DNA of 64,000 nucleotides from Symsagittifera roscoffensis (Eukaryota): NCBI RefSeq assembly GCF_963678635.1, contig NC_087064.1, positions 46,113,437 to 46,177,436 of the forward strand, read 5' to 3'. Shown piece by piece: positions 11,701 to 20,071 of this stretch (position 1 is its first letter; each line of letters starts with the position of its first letter). The notes under the pieces were generated by a model. It saw only the letters and a program-made list of their open reading frames with translations, ran no database searches and was not told where the DNA came from. The position numbers and the translations under genes were made by a program.

Positions 11701-13603
11701 TGTTCGTGGCGTTCTCCAGCCTTGGTGTCAAAAATGGCCACCAGCCATTCTCTTGAGTCAAACGATATTTCATCGATTCTAATTGCTTTTCCGTCTCGGC
11801 CACATTTCTTCTCTCGTTACTGGGACCTCTAGACTTGCTGGTGGAGTTTGTGATCTTCACATCCATACTCCGAAACCACAGGCTGGCCGTTAATTTGCTT
11901 ATCGCCGGGTGATCGTCCCCGATGACTGGGCTGAACTTGAGTTGCCTGGCAAAGTTCGATATCTCTAGCAAGAGCACCTCGTCTAATACGATCAGGATGT
12001 CGGCTAGTCCATAAAAGCCCCTCAGTGCATGAGATATGTCCGCCCATGCCGCCGCCAATTCTGACTTGCGAAGCCTCAGGTTCGATGGCTCCAACTCCCG
12101 ATTGGGAGCTGCCATTAGAATCCGCCATTCATTCCCTTCTGCTATCAGGATCAAGACCGCGTACACGAACTGTAGGGCGGGTGGCATATTCGCGTATCCA
12201 GGGGATGTGGTAAACACCACCTTCGTCTTGGACCCGAATCTCGAGACAACATTCTCTTGCACTTCATTCATCGCCGCAAACAACGCTTGAATGGCTTCCC
12301 ATATCTTCCTCGATGTCGGAATTTCATCGCCCTTTAGTTGCTCAAGAAGTCCCATCGCGTGCAGGTGATCATTCATTCCTGCAAACAACAGCAGCTCAGG
12401 TTCACAGGGCATCTCCGACTTTATTGCCACCACCAGAGTTAACATCTGATTTAATTCAGCTCCTGGCAAAGAGTATATCAAAGTCTCCGGCCAGAACAAC
12501 TTGGGAGACGTTCCTGCGAAGTCTGATCCCGCCACAATGACTACTCTCGCAGCAGCTGGATCTGCTCTATCATAAACTGTCAGGGTTTTGGCCAGCTGGG
12601 TACTCCCACAGGGCTTCCCGTACCTGGGATCTTCCGCCAATTTCGAGCCTTCGTAAGCGGCATCTGGCAATCCCGTTCCTCCCGGATTGAGTAGCTTGTC
12701 TACCACCTTTAACTGTGCCGGGGTTGCCAACCTGATCCTGGCGATGCTAGTTCGGTGCTTGGGAGGTTCTGCTATAAGTCCAGGACTCCCCAGCAGCTTG
12801 AGAGGTCTGTAGTTAATGGGTCCCATGATCGCTTTTGTGGGAATTCCAGTCAGGTCTGTGGTCTCCATCAACTTCGCTCTCGAGAAGTGCGCCTCATGAG
12901 CTTTCAACCAGTCCACGCAATGATGCCTATTCAAATCCTCGTGTGACACTCGTTCGATCCCCAGGGTTTCCGCCAATTCTCGCCTGCATTCCAAACTCTC
13001 TAGATCCAGTTCTTTCACCTTCTCAGGATATCTCAAGCGAGCGGTCTCCATAGACTTCTTTTCCCGTTTGCTCTCTGCCACTACCACTGAGGATATCGCC
13101 GAGCCTGGAGGTGTTGATGATGTCACCTCCTCAGACTCCATTGGCGTGGCACTCTGCAATCTGGTCTGGCTGCTCCTTGAACTGTCTCTAGTGTCAACTC
13201 TCGGTCCCAAGCGACCAGACAAGGCCCTTGAGGCAAGGAATGGTGGGTTCGGAGGTGGTCCTAATGTGAATTGGGCTGTCTCTAGCAGATCCGCCTCCAG
13301 CGCGTTTATGTGTTCTTGGAAGACGTCGTTTAGCCACTCTGCTCCCCTCGGTCTATCAAAATGGATTCCATCAGTGGAGGTGTCTTCAGGGAATCCCTCT
13401 TTCTCCATGCGCTCTGCCACGTCCAACAGTCTGACAGGGAGCACACTCTTCCGGTGGATGTCTCTTATCACCTTGTTTAGGTTCCGCACCTTCTCGTTCA
13501 TCTCCAAGGCGTGCTGATCAAACATCATGTTGTAGGGGACAGTACATATCGTCAACAGGATGGGGTCCATCTGAATCCTCAGTTCCTCAAGAAGGCAGCT
13601 CAC
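8780..13603 (-). CDS. ORF3 central segment (1607 codons) of copy 1, beginning with the C-terminal half of the SGNH hydrolase domain (DGIHFD block V); remainder unknown function
   Basis: Uninterrupted 4.8-kb frame; homologous fragments in copy 3 at 58698-59465, 60265-60867, 61117-61731 and 62459-62815. Upstream, the same frame stays open to about 13700 and encodes ...ANDVSRGEARK..., matching copy 3. Confidence 0.75.
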   Translation of the reverse strand: MSCLLEELRIQMDPILLTICTVPYNMMFDQHALEMNEKVRNLNKVIRDIHRKSVLPVRLLDVAERMEKEGFPEDTSTDGIHFDRPRGAEWLNDVFQEHINALEADLLETAQFTLGPPPNPPFLASRALSGRLGPRVDTRDSSRSSQTRLQSATPMESEEVTSSTPPGSAISSVVVAESKREKKSMETARLRYPEKVKELDLESLECRRELAETLGIERVSHEDLNRHHCVDWLKAHEAHFSRAKLMETTDLTGIPTKAIMGPINYRPLKLLGSPGLIAEPPKHRTSIARIRLATPAQLKVVDKLLNPGGTGLPDAAYEGSKLAEDPRYGKPCGSTQLAKTLTVYDRADPAAARVVIVAGSDFAGTSPKLFWPETLIYSLPGAELNQMLTLVVAIKSEMPCEPELLLFAGMNDHLHAMGLLEQLKGDEIPTSRKIWEAIQALFAAMNEVQENVVSRFGSKTKVVFTTSPGYANMPPALQFVYAVLILIAEGNEWRILMAAPNRELEPSNLRLRKSELAAAWADISHALRGFYGLADILIVLDEVLLLEISNFARQLKFSPVIGDDHPAISKLTASLWFRSMDVKITNSTSKSRGPSNERRNVAETEKQLESMKYRLTQENGWWPFLTPRLENATNKTREEAPPLVKQVWSFLEKQLELAETRDMTVARFVSAANEVTIGGFWREHAKGKLKTRRDYEILKFLSPCWEKEFLAGIFGTTATIFGAFVQEILGMPISLLLALYLVYPRYLFNMGPAYMFSRGVETLRVDGYLALVLLTHGELVSFHRLMEYGEPLSMGRVHTSIETSSYKCAAGLKTLLVQYLMMQNRHMTGEDENPTSREEWKKTNRGMPLLTDLCLAMRSDPMGIIRGLEEVVTCIYGPAVTYAFPDPLVTTYRHSVTHLSLISILDGTALNWCQQEVLRGRMSNTVLFGKVKDAELIVYNFRGQMQCRMGGKREGPIEMYTKFWNLNPLTADGREILRIPAWKECFALVKRELETIMEKEILPATMPEFPIVRRMTLGMNSPLVVPSIMARMTTEEMQKDFTDGWDPLFIGYTAAVYFHTSEMKVNSWTTQAKKSRGSQPPGYEARKVLRTLEKEGLENMLPIWDDGRMIVMEGHVALVDDMKFATRKYKAPYGLEQVEIRQEGTELDAAGQLHVALTEYKKLDPTTPSPLSVDTPGDKRSGPVEDRFKKILERRRHESEEESMDETLSEAGEDMEVGNTPEPGPSGEELTTQELLKDLSEENWADTATPPLIPSPRKDLELPLASETFNMGMILLSSEEREKNTFEGNRDIFLGSLKDDAWQEFLEEFNQEVGSETTLDKFKEELWDTVVRFGEPLLIGTGLDEKARKELLSKLVELRNSRSKTREEKCEDSSTRRQKTVDKMVDDIKRDKVGTSNMIKSTNILKARAGGRQELEGVDGEVESVMVATTPSSRDVKTRKRKREVEGLGSPSVDAVSEGNLRETAPMVLARCKTAAYKSSSELRRPLEVEREIEVSTSSTSGEDFKPQKINVKRGSTNGQTWEVDVGKEWISKAHQATGKRVTSDPLERNKTRNTSRTWWVALETLKEMEDCWKKLDSGVARKRRNWATQQKAEVNRIEMANHLKRS

Positions 13604-13620
13604 CTTATCGTGCAGCCTTG

Positions 13621-13971
13621 TTATTTTCCTCGCTTCACCCCTTGATACATCGTTGGCCCGACCATCAGGGTCACCGTGTATACTTTGGTCATCCCCAGCA
13701 TGTCAAGCGTTGCCAACATCTGTGGCGTGGCAGCTCCAGCGAAACTCAAGATTCCCGTCTGCCAGTGCGATCGGATCCGGTTCAACACCCGCACCAGGCT
13801 GTCCCCTACGATTAGGTGAACCGCACCTTCTGGTACCCGGGGTGGCGCCAAGTACTGCACCCAGGCCGCATCATGAAAGCAGTCTCTCCTAGCTTTCTGC
13901 TCCGCACTCCAGTCCAGCCGATTATGCCTGTGGTACCTCCCCTCTGTATTCTTCTTATAACTCGAGATCAC
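13621..13971 (-). CDS. ORF3 SGNH/GDSL hydrolase domain, N-terminal part (block I HLIVGDSLV, block II SFAGAAT). It is out of frame with the rest because of a 1-bp deletion near 13693
   Basis: GDS motif; in-frame equivalents in copy 2 (HLIIGDSLVRDL...LGTNDVS) and copy 3 (HLIIVDSLV...GTIDVS...DGIHFD). Confidence 0.75.
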   Translation of the reverse strand: MISSYKKNTEGRYHRHNRLDWSAEQKARRDCFHDAAWVQYLAPPRVPEGAVHLIVGDSLVRVLNRIRSHWQTGILSFAGAATPQMLATLDMLGMTKVYTVTLMVGPTMYQGVKRGK

Positions 13972-15047
13972 GACACTCTAACCGGCTGTTCCCTCCACGT
14001 CGGGGGAAGCTCCGGTCTTGCCGAACTCTCACGACTCTTTTGTCGCAATCTCTCGCCCAGTTCTCTCAGACGCGATGAGCCGCCGCTCACCTGACTGTCA
14101 CTTGAGGTCGAGGTTGGGGTATATCCCGGCAGCTCCACATCCATCAGTGGGCGTATGGGTTGCGTCTCTAGGCTACGCAAGGAAGACGTTGCGTCATTCG
14201 GTATCCAAACTTCCAACCCTTCACTCATGTGTTCTCGGGCCTCGCGGTCAAGGTTGAACCGTGCTCTTGCTCTGGGGGCTTCATCCACCTCCATACGTGA
14301 CTCTGGCCTCGAGCTGGTGGCCACTCGCTCCTTCGGCCTGGCTCCCTTCTGTGCATCAAGCTCGCGTTGTCGTTGTTCTATTCTGTCCAATTCCGACCTC
14401 AGTTGATCACGATTTGCGGCGTTCTCCCGCACCCTTAACTCCTGTTGATGTTCAGCTTTTTGCATCTCAAGCAACCTCAGAGCCTGGTCTCGCTCGTTGA
14501 CCGCCTGGTCCCTTTCCAGCTGAACCTTCTCCCGATCCAGCTTTGCCTGATCCCGATCGAGGTTCGCCTTATTCTTTTCTTTCTGCGTCTTCTCGAGCTC
14601 TTTCTTTAGAACACCTAGATCCGGATATGCCTCGGTCGTCTGTTGCGTTCGTGACATCGATGGCACCCTACTCGAGCTCTGGCTTGTGGATCTTACAGTT
14701 GGCCTAGTCGGTAGTGGGAATTCCCCTGCGCCATATTCGGTATTGTTATTCAGGCCAGGATTCCTTGCCAAGTCAAAACCCCTTACTCCTCCATCCACAT
14801 TCCAAGACAACCATCTGGTCTGTTCTTGGTTCGATATTCCCTCGGTGGTGTAGCCAATCATCAAGACAGCCTCCGTTGCAGACTCCCTGCACTCACCCTG
14901 GTCCTCCAACTGGAGGATGGCATTCAGCATCACCGCCATTCTCTCGTCTATTTGGGTGTAGTCCAAGTCCCTCAGGCGTCTGTACAGCTCATCAAGAGTG
15001 GGCTTCTTCAGGGCCACGGGCACGGATTTCCATAATCGGTCTGCCAT
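13968..15047 (-). CDS. ORF3 N-terminal segment: conserved about 100-aa N-domain plus a coiled-coil region rich in ER/DQ heptads
   Basis: KANLDRDQAKLDREKVQLERDQAVNERDQALRLLEMQKAEHQQELRVRE is typical coiled coil. The N-terminal block LDELYRRLRDLDYTQIDERMAVMLNAILQLEDQGECRESATEAVLM is conserved in copy 2 (29491-30840) and copy 3 (57092-57382). In copies 2 and 3 this segment is fused in frame to the SGNH domain. Confidence 0.75.
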   Translation of the reverse strand: MADRLWKSVPVALKKPTLDELYRRLRDLDYTQIDERMAVMLNAILQLEDQGECRESATEAVLMIGYTTEGISNQEQTRWLSWNVDGGVRGFDLARNPGLNNNTEYGAGEFPLPTRPTVRSTSQSSSRVPSMSRTQQTTEAYPDLGVLKKELEKTQKEKNKANLDRDQAKLDREKVQLERDQAVNERDQALRLLEMQKAEHQQELRVRENAANRDQLRSELDRIEQRQRELDAQKGARPKERVATSSRPESRMEVDEAPRARARFNLDREAREHMSEGLEVWIPNDATSSLRSLETQPIRPLMDVELPGYTPTSTSSDSQVSGGSSRLRELGERLRQKSRESSARPELPPTWREQPVRVS

Positions 15048-15074
15048 TCTTCGTGACTTCGGGATGTATACAGG

Positions 15075-15165
15075 TATGTGTTAACCAGCTCAAGAATTAC
15101 CTTACCAGCTCAAGAATTACCTTACCAGCTCAAGAATTACCTTACCGACTCAAGTATTACCCAAC
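15075..15165. repeat. 23-bp tandem repeat x4 in the pol-ORF3 spacer of copy 1
   Basis: accagctcaagaattaccttacc x3 plus a variant. Copy 3 has an analogous array at 56951-57050 (acttcttgagtttgactaggt x4). Confidence 0.8.
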
Positions 15166-15586
15166 TCAAGAATTCTCTCGAAATGTTCCCTTGCAAATAC
15201 TTGTCGTAAGTGCCAATTATCGCGAGTTCAATCAAGGTTTCTCTCTCTGTTTCTCGCTTGAGTATAGTTGGATTTTCAACTTTGTTTTTCAAACTTGATC
15301 TGAAAACAGAAAGCATATTGAAACTTGACATGTCATGTTCCTAACCTAGAGACCCCCCTTTTACCAGTATGGTTAAAATCTTATCATTTTCGTATCACTT
15401 AAAACAATTCAATTGGAATTCCCTTAAAAGCATGCAGATTCATTTTATGTTTTAGCACCGTTAACTCGTTTTAAAATTTAATTGTCATGCCAATCATATC
15501 TTAAGATCCCTTTACCTGCGCCGCACCCCAGTACCTAACTCAAGACTCCTCCCTCACACCCGACTCGATACCCCCATGTACCCGAC

Positions 15587-18475
15587 TCAGGCGATGCTCA
15601 AGTAGTACTTCTTATGAAGATACACCATTATCTCAGTTTCTGCAAAGACCACATGTAGGATAGCGTACAATTCCCTCGGGCTCAGTTTGCCCCTGTTCGG
15701 GTCATACACCGGCATTGAGACTTCTGTTATCCCTCTTTCAATCATGAAGTCTCGTAATCTTGTTAGTGCCAATATCACGTGTTCGGGATCGATTGTGTTC
15801 CTGTCATTGACCCTCGTTACTAGGAAGCACAGATATTTGCCCGGGACTTGTGCCACTGAGGGTGGAAGCGCTGCCATCCCTCCCAGTCCTGGTCTCTGTC
15901 TGAACAGAAACTCTTTATTCTGGTACTCTCTTTTGAAGTGAGCTTCCAATCTTGATTTGAAATTCATGTCCGCCGTGATGCAGATCGCGCTGGTCCTGTT
16001 TGACAGGATGAAGTCGCTATCTGTTATCATGATGTTCTCCGAGTATTCATTGGGTATTTCGAATTTCGTTTTGAAATTCCGACCTATAGTAGGCTCGGGC
16101 TCTTCTTCCTCCAGTTCCAATTCGCTCGTTTCTCTCACTTCCTTGAGCTTCTTTATCATCAAATTTTCGGTGTGGGTAAGTCCTACCCCCACTCCCCGGA
16201 CAAAAATATTTATCGACGTCCCCGTCGATGTTGTCGGGTCTGAATTGTCCTGAGGAATGTCCAGTGGCCTGTCTGTTGCCGTCCATCCGAAAAGAGGGTC
16301 CTCTGTCTTCATGTAATTTGCTGCTGATACATCGACTTGCTGAATGCTTTGTCCTTCGCGGCTCTCGTCTTTGACATCACGCATCCACTCTAGAATCCTC
16401 AAGTTCGTGTTCTCCCTCCTCTCTATCTCACTCTGTTCGAGATCCGTTTCTACTTCTGGCGTCGAGTAATCATCCTGCGGATAATGACCACCATCGTCAA
16501 TGACCTGCCATTCCTCTCCGGCTTCCAGTTCGCCTGCTTTCAGTAATTCCTCGCCCAAATTGTCTGGCTGTATCTTATCGATCAAGAAGTCATCCCCGTA
16601 CCTGTTGTACCTCATGCCGGTGCGTTTACGATTGCCAGTCCTGGTTTCCGGTGGTGTTGGTCGATCCGGCTCCATCCACTTCGGCACCTCGTCTTGCTCC
16701 GGGTCGTTCCAGTCTTCTTCTACAAATGATCCTGCATCAGACCCCACTCCTATCTTTTCATTGTCGTCCAAACTCAAGTTCTCATTACCATCATTTTTCT
16801 CTCGAGTACCTTTCTCATTCACTTCACACGCTGGCTCTACCACCAGGTACTCAAGACCCTCCATGTCCTTCGGTATGCACCAATCCTCTGGGGACGGGAC
16901 GTGAGGCTTCAGATTCTCATAATGTGCCGCTCGCCCAGTACTCAAGCGATAGAACCGTCCTTGTTGATGAACCTCCGTTATCATGAATGGTCCCCTCCAC
17001 TTCTTGAGTAGTTTCTTTGTTCCCTTGGGCGGTATTACATTTTGGAAGACCCACACGTATTGGCCCACTTCATATGGCTTTGCTCTTAATATTTTTTCGT
17101 CGTATTTCCTGCGTTGCCTCATTTGCGCTTGCGCCGTGTTCCTCCTGCATAGCTCGTTCAACTCCTGTTGTCTTTTGATCGCTTCTTTCACGTATGCCTG
17201 AGGCGACGTCCTTTTCCCCTCGTATTCCGGGTAAAAGAATGTCAGAGGCATTGCTCTCTCCCTGCCCGTCAACATCATGAAAGGACTGATGCCCGTAGTT
17301 GAGTGCTGTGTACTGTTGTAGGCTCCTACTACCTGTGGCAGGTATTTGTCCCAGTCCGTCATGTATCTTGAGCAGTACACCCTTAACATGTTGACCAGTG
17401 TCCTGTTTTGTCTCTCTACCAACCCATTGGTCTGCGGGTGATAGGTCGTCGAGTGTGCTTGAGCAATGTGCGATCTCTTCATCAATTCTTTTGTCAAGTC
17501 CCCCACAAAAGCTTTGCCGTTGTCCGACTGGAAAGTCATTGGACAACCATACCGCGATATCCAATGCGTTATCAGATGATCACATGTCTCTTCGGCCGAG
17601 GCTGTCTGGCACGGAACCGCTTCCGCCAACTTTGTGAAGTGATCTATTATAACCAGTATCTGGTTGTATCCCGACTCTGTCATGCAGATTTTTTGATGGT
17701 CTATCTGCACCACTTCATTGAACTCCGAGCTCTCAACGGACTTGAGGGGAAACTTCATCTTCCTTGGGTCTTTTACCTGGAGACATGCCAGGCAGGCATT
17801 CACCCATCTCTCGCAAGCTTTTCTCATTCCTGGCCAATCAAATCTGTGAAGTATCCTTTGTTGTACTTTATCTATCCCCTGGTGACCCATCTGGTCGTGT
17901 GATCTGAAAAGCACCTCTGTCTGGTACAATTGTGGTAGTATGATGAGGTTGTGTTTGTGTAATATCTTTTCCTCATCTCTCCTCTTGCACGCTACCACTC
18001 CATCAGCTGTGTGATAAAGTAAGTCTTTCTTTTCTTTGTAGAACTGGCTCAAGATCTTGTAGCTGTCTTCCTCAAGTTCCCCCTTCTCCTTGACCCCCGA
18101 CTGGATCCATTTGGAGAGGTTACTTGTCATTTTGTCATTCTTCTGGGCTCTTATTAGGTCTGACAGCCTATATCTTGCCTTGACATGCTCCTTTAGCGCC
18201 ATGATCTGTCCATTCATCTCACCAGGGTTGTGGATGTCATCACTCAGTTTCACGCATATCATCCTTTTCACGATTTTCATATCATCTTCTGGCACCAGAT
18301 TCGTTCTGATGTTTGAGTTGCATGATAGTTCCCTGAATGGTTTCCTTGCGACCGCAATTTTCTCAAGTTCCTCACCACCTCGCATCTCCTGTATGTCCAT
18401 GTTGTATGTTCCTGAAGATGGATCCGTCTGTAACTCCCTGTCGTGGTGCCTTGTCTTCTCTTCCGCCAGTATCAT
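15587..18475 (-). CDS. pol 3' segment of copy 1: integrase (HHCC finger, DDE core) followed by a conserved about 330-aa C-terminal domain of unknown function
   Basis: H..H...C..C then D(VQIDHQ)...D(QSDNGKAF)...E(HPQTNGLVER). The C-terminal region has GVGVGLTHTENL and ICITADMNF...GKYLCFLVT...SMPVYDPNRG blocks, conserved in copy 2 (31304-32101) and copy 3 (55916-56622). Confidence 0.85.
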   Translation of the reverse strand: MILAEEKTRHHDRELQTDPSSGTYNMDIQEMRGGEELEKIAVARKPFRELSCNSNIRTNLVPEDDMKIVKRMICVKLSDDIHNPGEMNGQIMALKEHVKARYRLSDLIRAQKNDKMTSNLSKWIQSGVKEKGELEEDSYKILSQFYKEKKDLLYHTADGVVACKRRDEEKILHKHNLIILPQLYQTEVLFRSHDQMGHQGIDKVQQRILHRFDWPGMRKACERWVNACLACLQVKDPRKMKFPLKSVESSEFNEVVQIDHQKICMTESGYNQILVIIDHFTKLAEAVPCQTASAEETCDHLITHWISRYGCPMTFQSDNGKAFVGDLTKELMKRSHIAQAHSTTYHPQTNGLVERQNRTLVNMLRVYCSRYMTDWDKYLPQVVGAYNSTQHSTTGISPFMMLTGRERAMPLTFFYPEYEGKRTSPQAYVKEAIKRQQELNELCRRNTAQAQMRQRRKYDEKILRAKPYEVGQYVWVFQNVIPPKGTKKLLKKWRGPFMITEVHQQGRFYRLSTGRAAHYENLKPHVPSPEDWCIPKDMEGLEYLVVEPACEVNEKGTREKNDGNENLSLDDNEKIGVGSDAGSFVEEDWNDPEQDEVPKWMEPDRPTPPETRTGNRKRTGMRYNRYGDDFLIDKIQPDNLGEELLKAGELEAGEEWQVIDDGGHYPQDDYSTPEVETDLEQSEIERRENTNLRILEWMRDVKDESREGQSIQQVDVSAANYMKTEDPLFGWTATDRPLDIPQDNSDPTTSTGTSINIFVRGVGVGLTHTENLMIKKLKEVRETSELELEEEEPEPTIGRNFKTKFEIPNEYSENIMITDSDFILSNRTSAICITADMNFKSRLEAHFKREYQNKEFLFRQRPGLGGMAALPPSVAQVPGKYLCFLVTRVNDRNTIDPEHVILALTRLRDFMIERGITEVSMPVYDPNRGKLSPRELYAILHVVFAETEIMVYLHKKYYLSIA

Positions 18476-18520
18476 GCACAGACTGTCCTGGTTTTCGCTG
18501 CTCTCATCCGAGTCTTCATC

Positions 18521-20065
18521 CTATCCTTCACGCTCCCCGGACAATTTTCCTTCTCCGGTTCCTTCTTCCGTGAACCTGGAACACTCCCCGGACTCTTGAC
18601 CTAGTCCCAGGTGTTCAGTATCTTCCTTGAACGTCACTTTCTTTTTCCTAACCTTGGTCTGCTCCAGAATGTCTTCGGGGATTTTGTCAACTAGTGACCG
18701 CACGACATCTTTGCTGTCAGTGACGCTTCCTCTTGATGAGTCAGTATCGTTCACTGTCTCTTTTCTCCGAAGTATAGTGAATTCCGGTTTCTCTTTACCC
18801 TTCGTGTGGATCACTGGCTTATCATCTGATAGTTTCTCGAGCAACCTCATTAAGTCATCATCTATCTGTGCAGTTCCTGCTTCCACCTGGCTAAGATCAT
18901 AGCCTTTTGCCTTGAGCGTCTCCTTCACGATCTTCGACTTGAGTATAATCTCAATCGGAATCCTCTTGCTCTTCCTCAAGATGGTCTTCTCTGGAGGCTC
19001 TTTAGGCAATTCAGGATGATCTTCTATCGGTTTGCCTGACTTGTCCAGCCATCTCGTGAGTGGAAGACTGTCGTACGTTTCCTTGTTCATGAATGAGAAG
19101 CCATCTTTGATTTCAGGTCTGTCTGCTTCTCTTTGCTCTTGTCTCTCATAGAACTCCGTCTTCTTACTCAAGCTGTCGGCATTCTGATGTTTATCTCGCG
19201 TTCTATGCTCAATTATCATGTTGTATCCGTCCAGGCGAACTATCCACCTCCCAATGTAACTTTGGTCCATTGAGTACGTTTTCAGCCAGCTCAGTGCTCT
19301 GTTGTCGACTCGCAACTTGAATGGCTCACTGCCCAGGTACGCCCTGTATTTCTCGACAAAGGTAACCACCGCGAACATCTCAGCTTTCGGTGCTCCGTAC
19401 TTCATTTCCGTGTCACTCAGGACTTTGCTCCCGTACGCTATTGGTCTCAAGACTGTCTTCCCATTCCATTCTTGTTCTTGGTGGAGAATCCCAGAAATCG
19501 CGACTACCGACGCATCCGTGTCTAGCACGTACATCCCTTTCTCAGTCGGCATACCCAGTACTGGTGCCTCACATAGCTCTTTCTTTATCCTCTGGAATGA
19601 CTCTTCTGCTGCGTTGTTCCACGTGAACTTCTTGCCCTTGTGTCTCATTAATTGTTGCATCGGGTATACCTTGTCTGCATAGCCTTTGATGAACTCTCTA
19701 TAATAGTTAGCGAAACCCAGGAAGCTCATCAACTGGTGCTCTGTCTTCGGTGATTTCCAGGTCAGGACTGCTTCCACGGCGTCCGTATCAGGTCTGATGC
19801 CGTGCTTGTCTACCATCCTGCCCAAGTATTTTATTGAGTCCTTGAGTATCTCGCACTTTGATGGTTTACACTTTAGCCCCGACCTCTTCATGCATGCAAA
19901 CACTTCGTCTAGTCTCTCAATGTGGTCTTCCAGTGTTGGCGTCGCTATTACCACGTCATCCACGTAGCACATTACCAGATTGCCATACTTCTTCGTTACG
20001 CCTATCAGCGCGTGTGCCATCAACCGCTGAAATGTGGCTGTGGCATTGCAAAGTCCAAACGGCAT
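18521..20065 (-). CDS. pol middle segment of copy 1: RT palm (CYVDDVVIA), thumb and RNase H (LDTDAS...)
   Basis: YVDD motif, RNase H DxD/E pattern. Bounded on both sides by single in-frame TAG codons: 20072-20074, where copy 2 has W (LFQWKRMPFGL), and 18521-18523, where copy 3 has W. Confidence 0.85.
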   Translation of the reverse strand: MPFGLCNATATFQRLMAHALIGVTKKYGNLVMCYVDDVVIATPTLEDHIERLDEVFACMKRSGLKCKPSKCEILKDSIKYLGRMVDKHGIRPDTDAVEAVLTWKSPKTEHQLMSFLGFANYYREFIKGYADKVYPMQQLMRHKGKKFTWNNAAEESFQRIKKELCEAPVLGMPTEKGMYVLDTDASVVAISGILHQEQEWNGKTVLRPIAYGSKVLSDTEMKYGAPKAEMFAVVTFVEKYRAYLGSEPFKLRVDNRALSWLKTYSMDQSYIGRWIVRLDGYNMIIEHRTRDKHQNADSLSKKTEFYERQEQREADRPEIKDGFSFMNKETYDSLPLTRWLDKSGKPIEDHPELPKEPPEKTILRKSKRIPIEIILKSKIVKETLKAKGYDLSQVEAGTAQIDDDLMRLLEKLSDDKPVIHTKGKEKPEFTILRRKETVNDTDSSRGSVTDSKDVVRSLVDKIPEDILEQTKVRKKKVTFKEDTEHLGLGQESGECSRFTEEGTGEGKLSGEREG

Positions 20066-20071
20066 CCGTTT

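Noticed and set aside
11880-11960. A GDD tripeptide (FSPVIGDDHPAIS) in ORF3 as a possible RNA-dependent RNA polymerase motif C
   Set aside because: No flanking RdRp motifs A or B recognised, and the residues are not conserved in the degraded copy 3 homologue. Likely a chance tripeptide.
13960-13980. Programmed -1 ribosomal frameshift between the coiled-coil ORF and the SGNH ORF
   Set aside because: No slippery heptamer in the about 8-nt overlap, and copies 2 and 3 are in frame here. A 1-bp deletion in copy 1 explains it.
13968-15047. The coiled-coil ORF as a cellular structural gene (myosin or golgin-like)
   Set aside because: It lies inside the LTRs of copy 1. It recurs with the same neighbours in copies 2 and 3, and is fused in frame to the SGNH domain in those copies.
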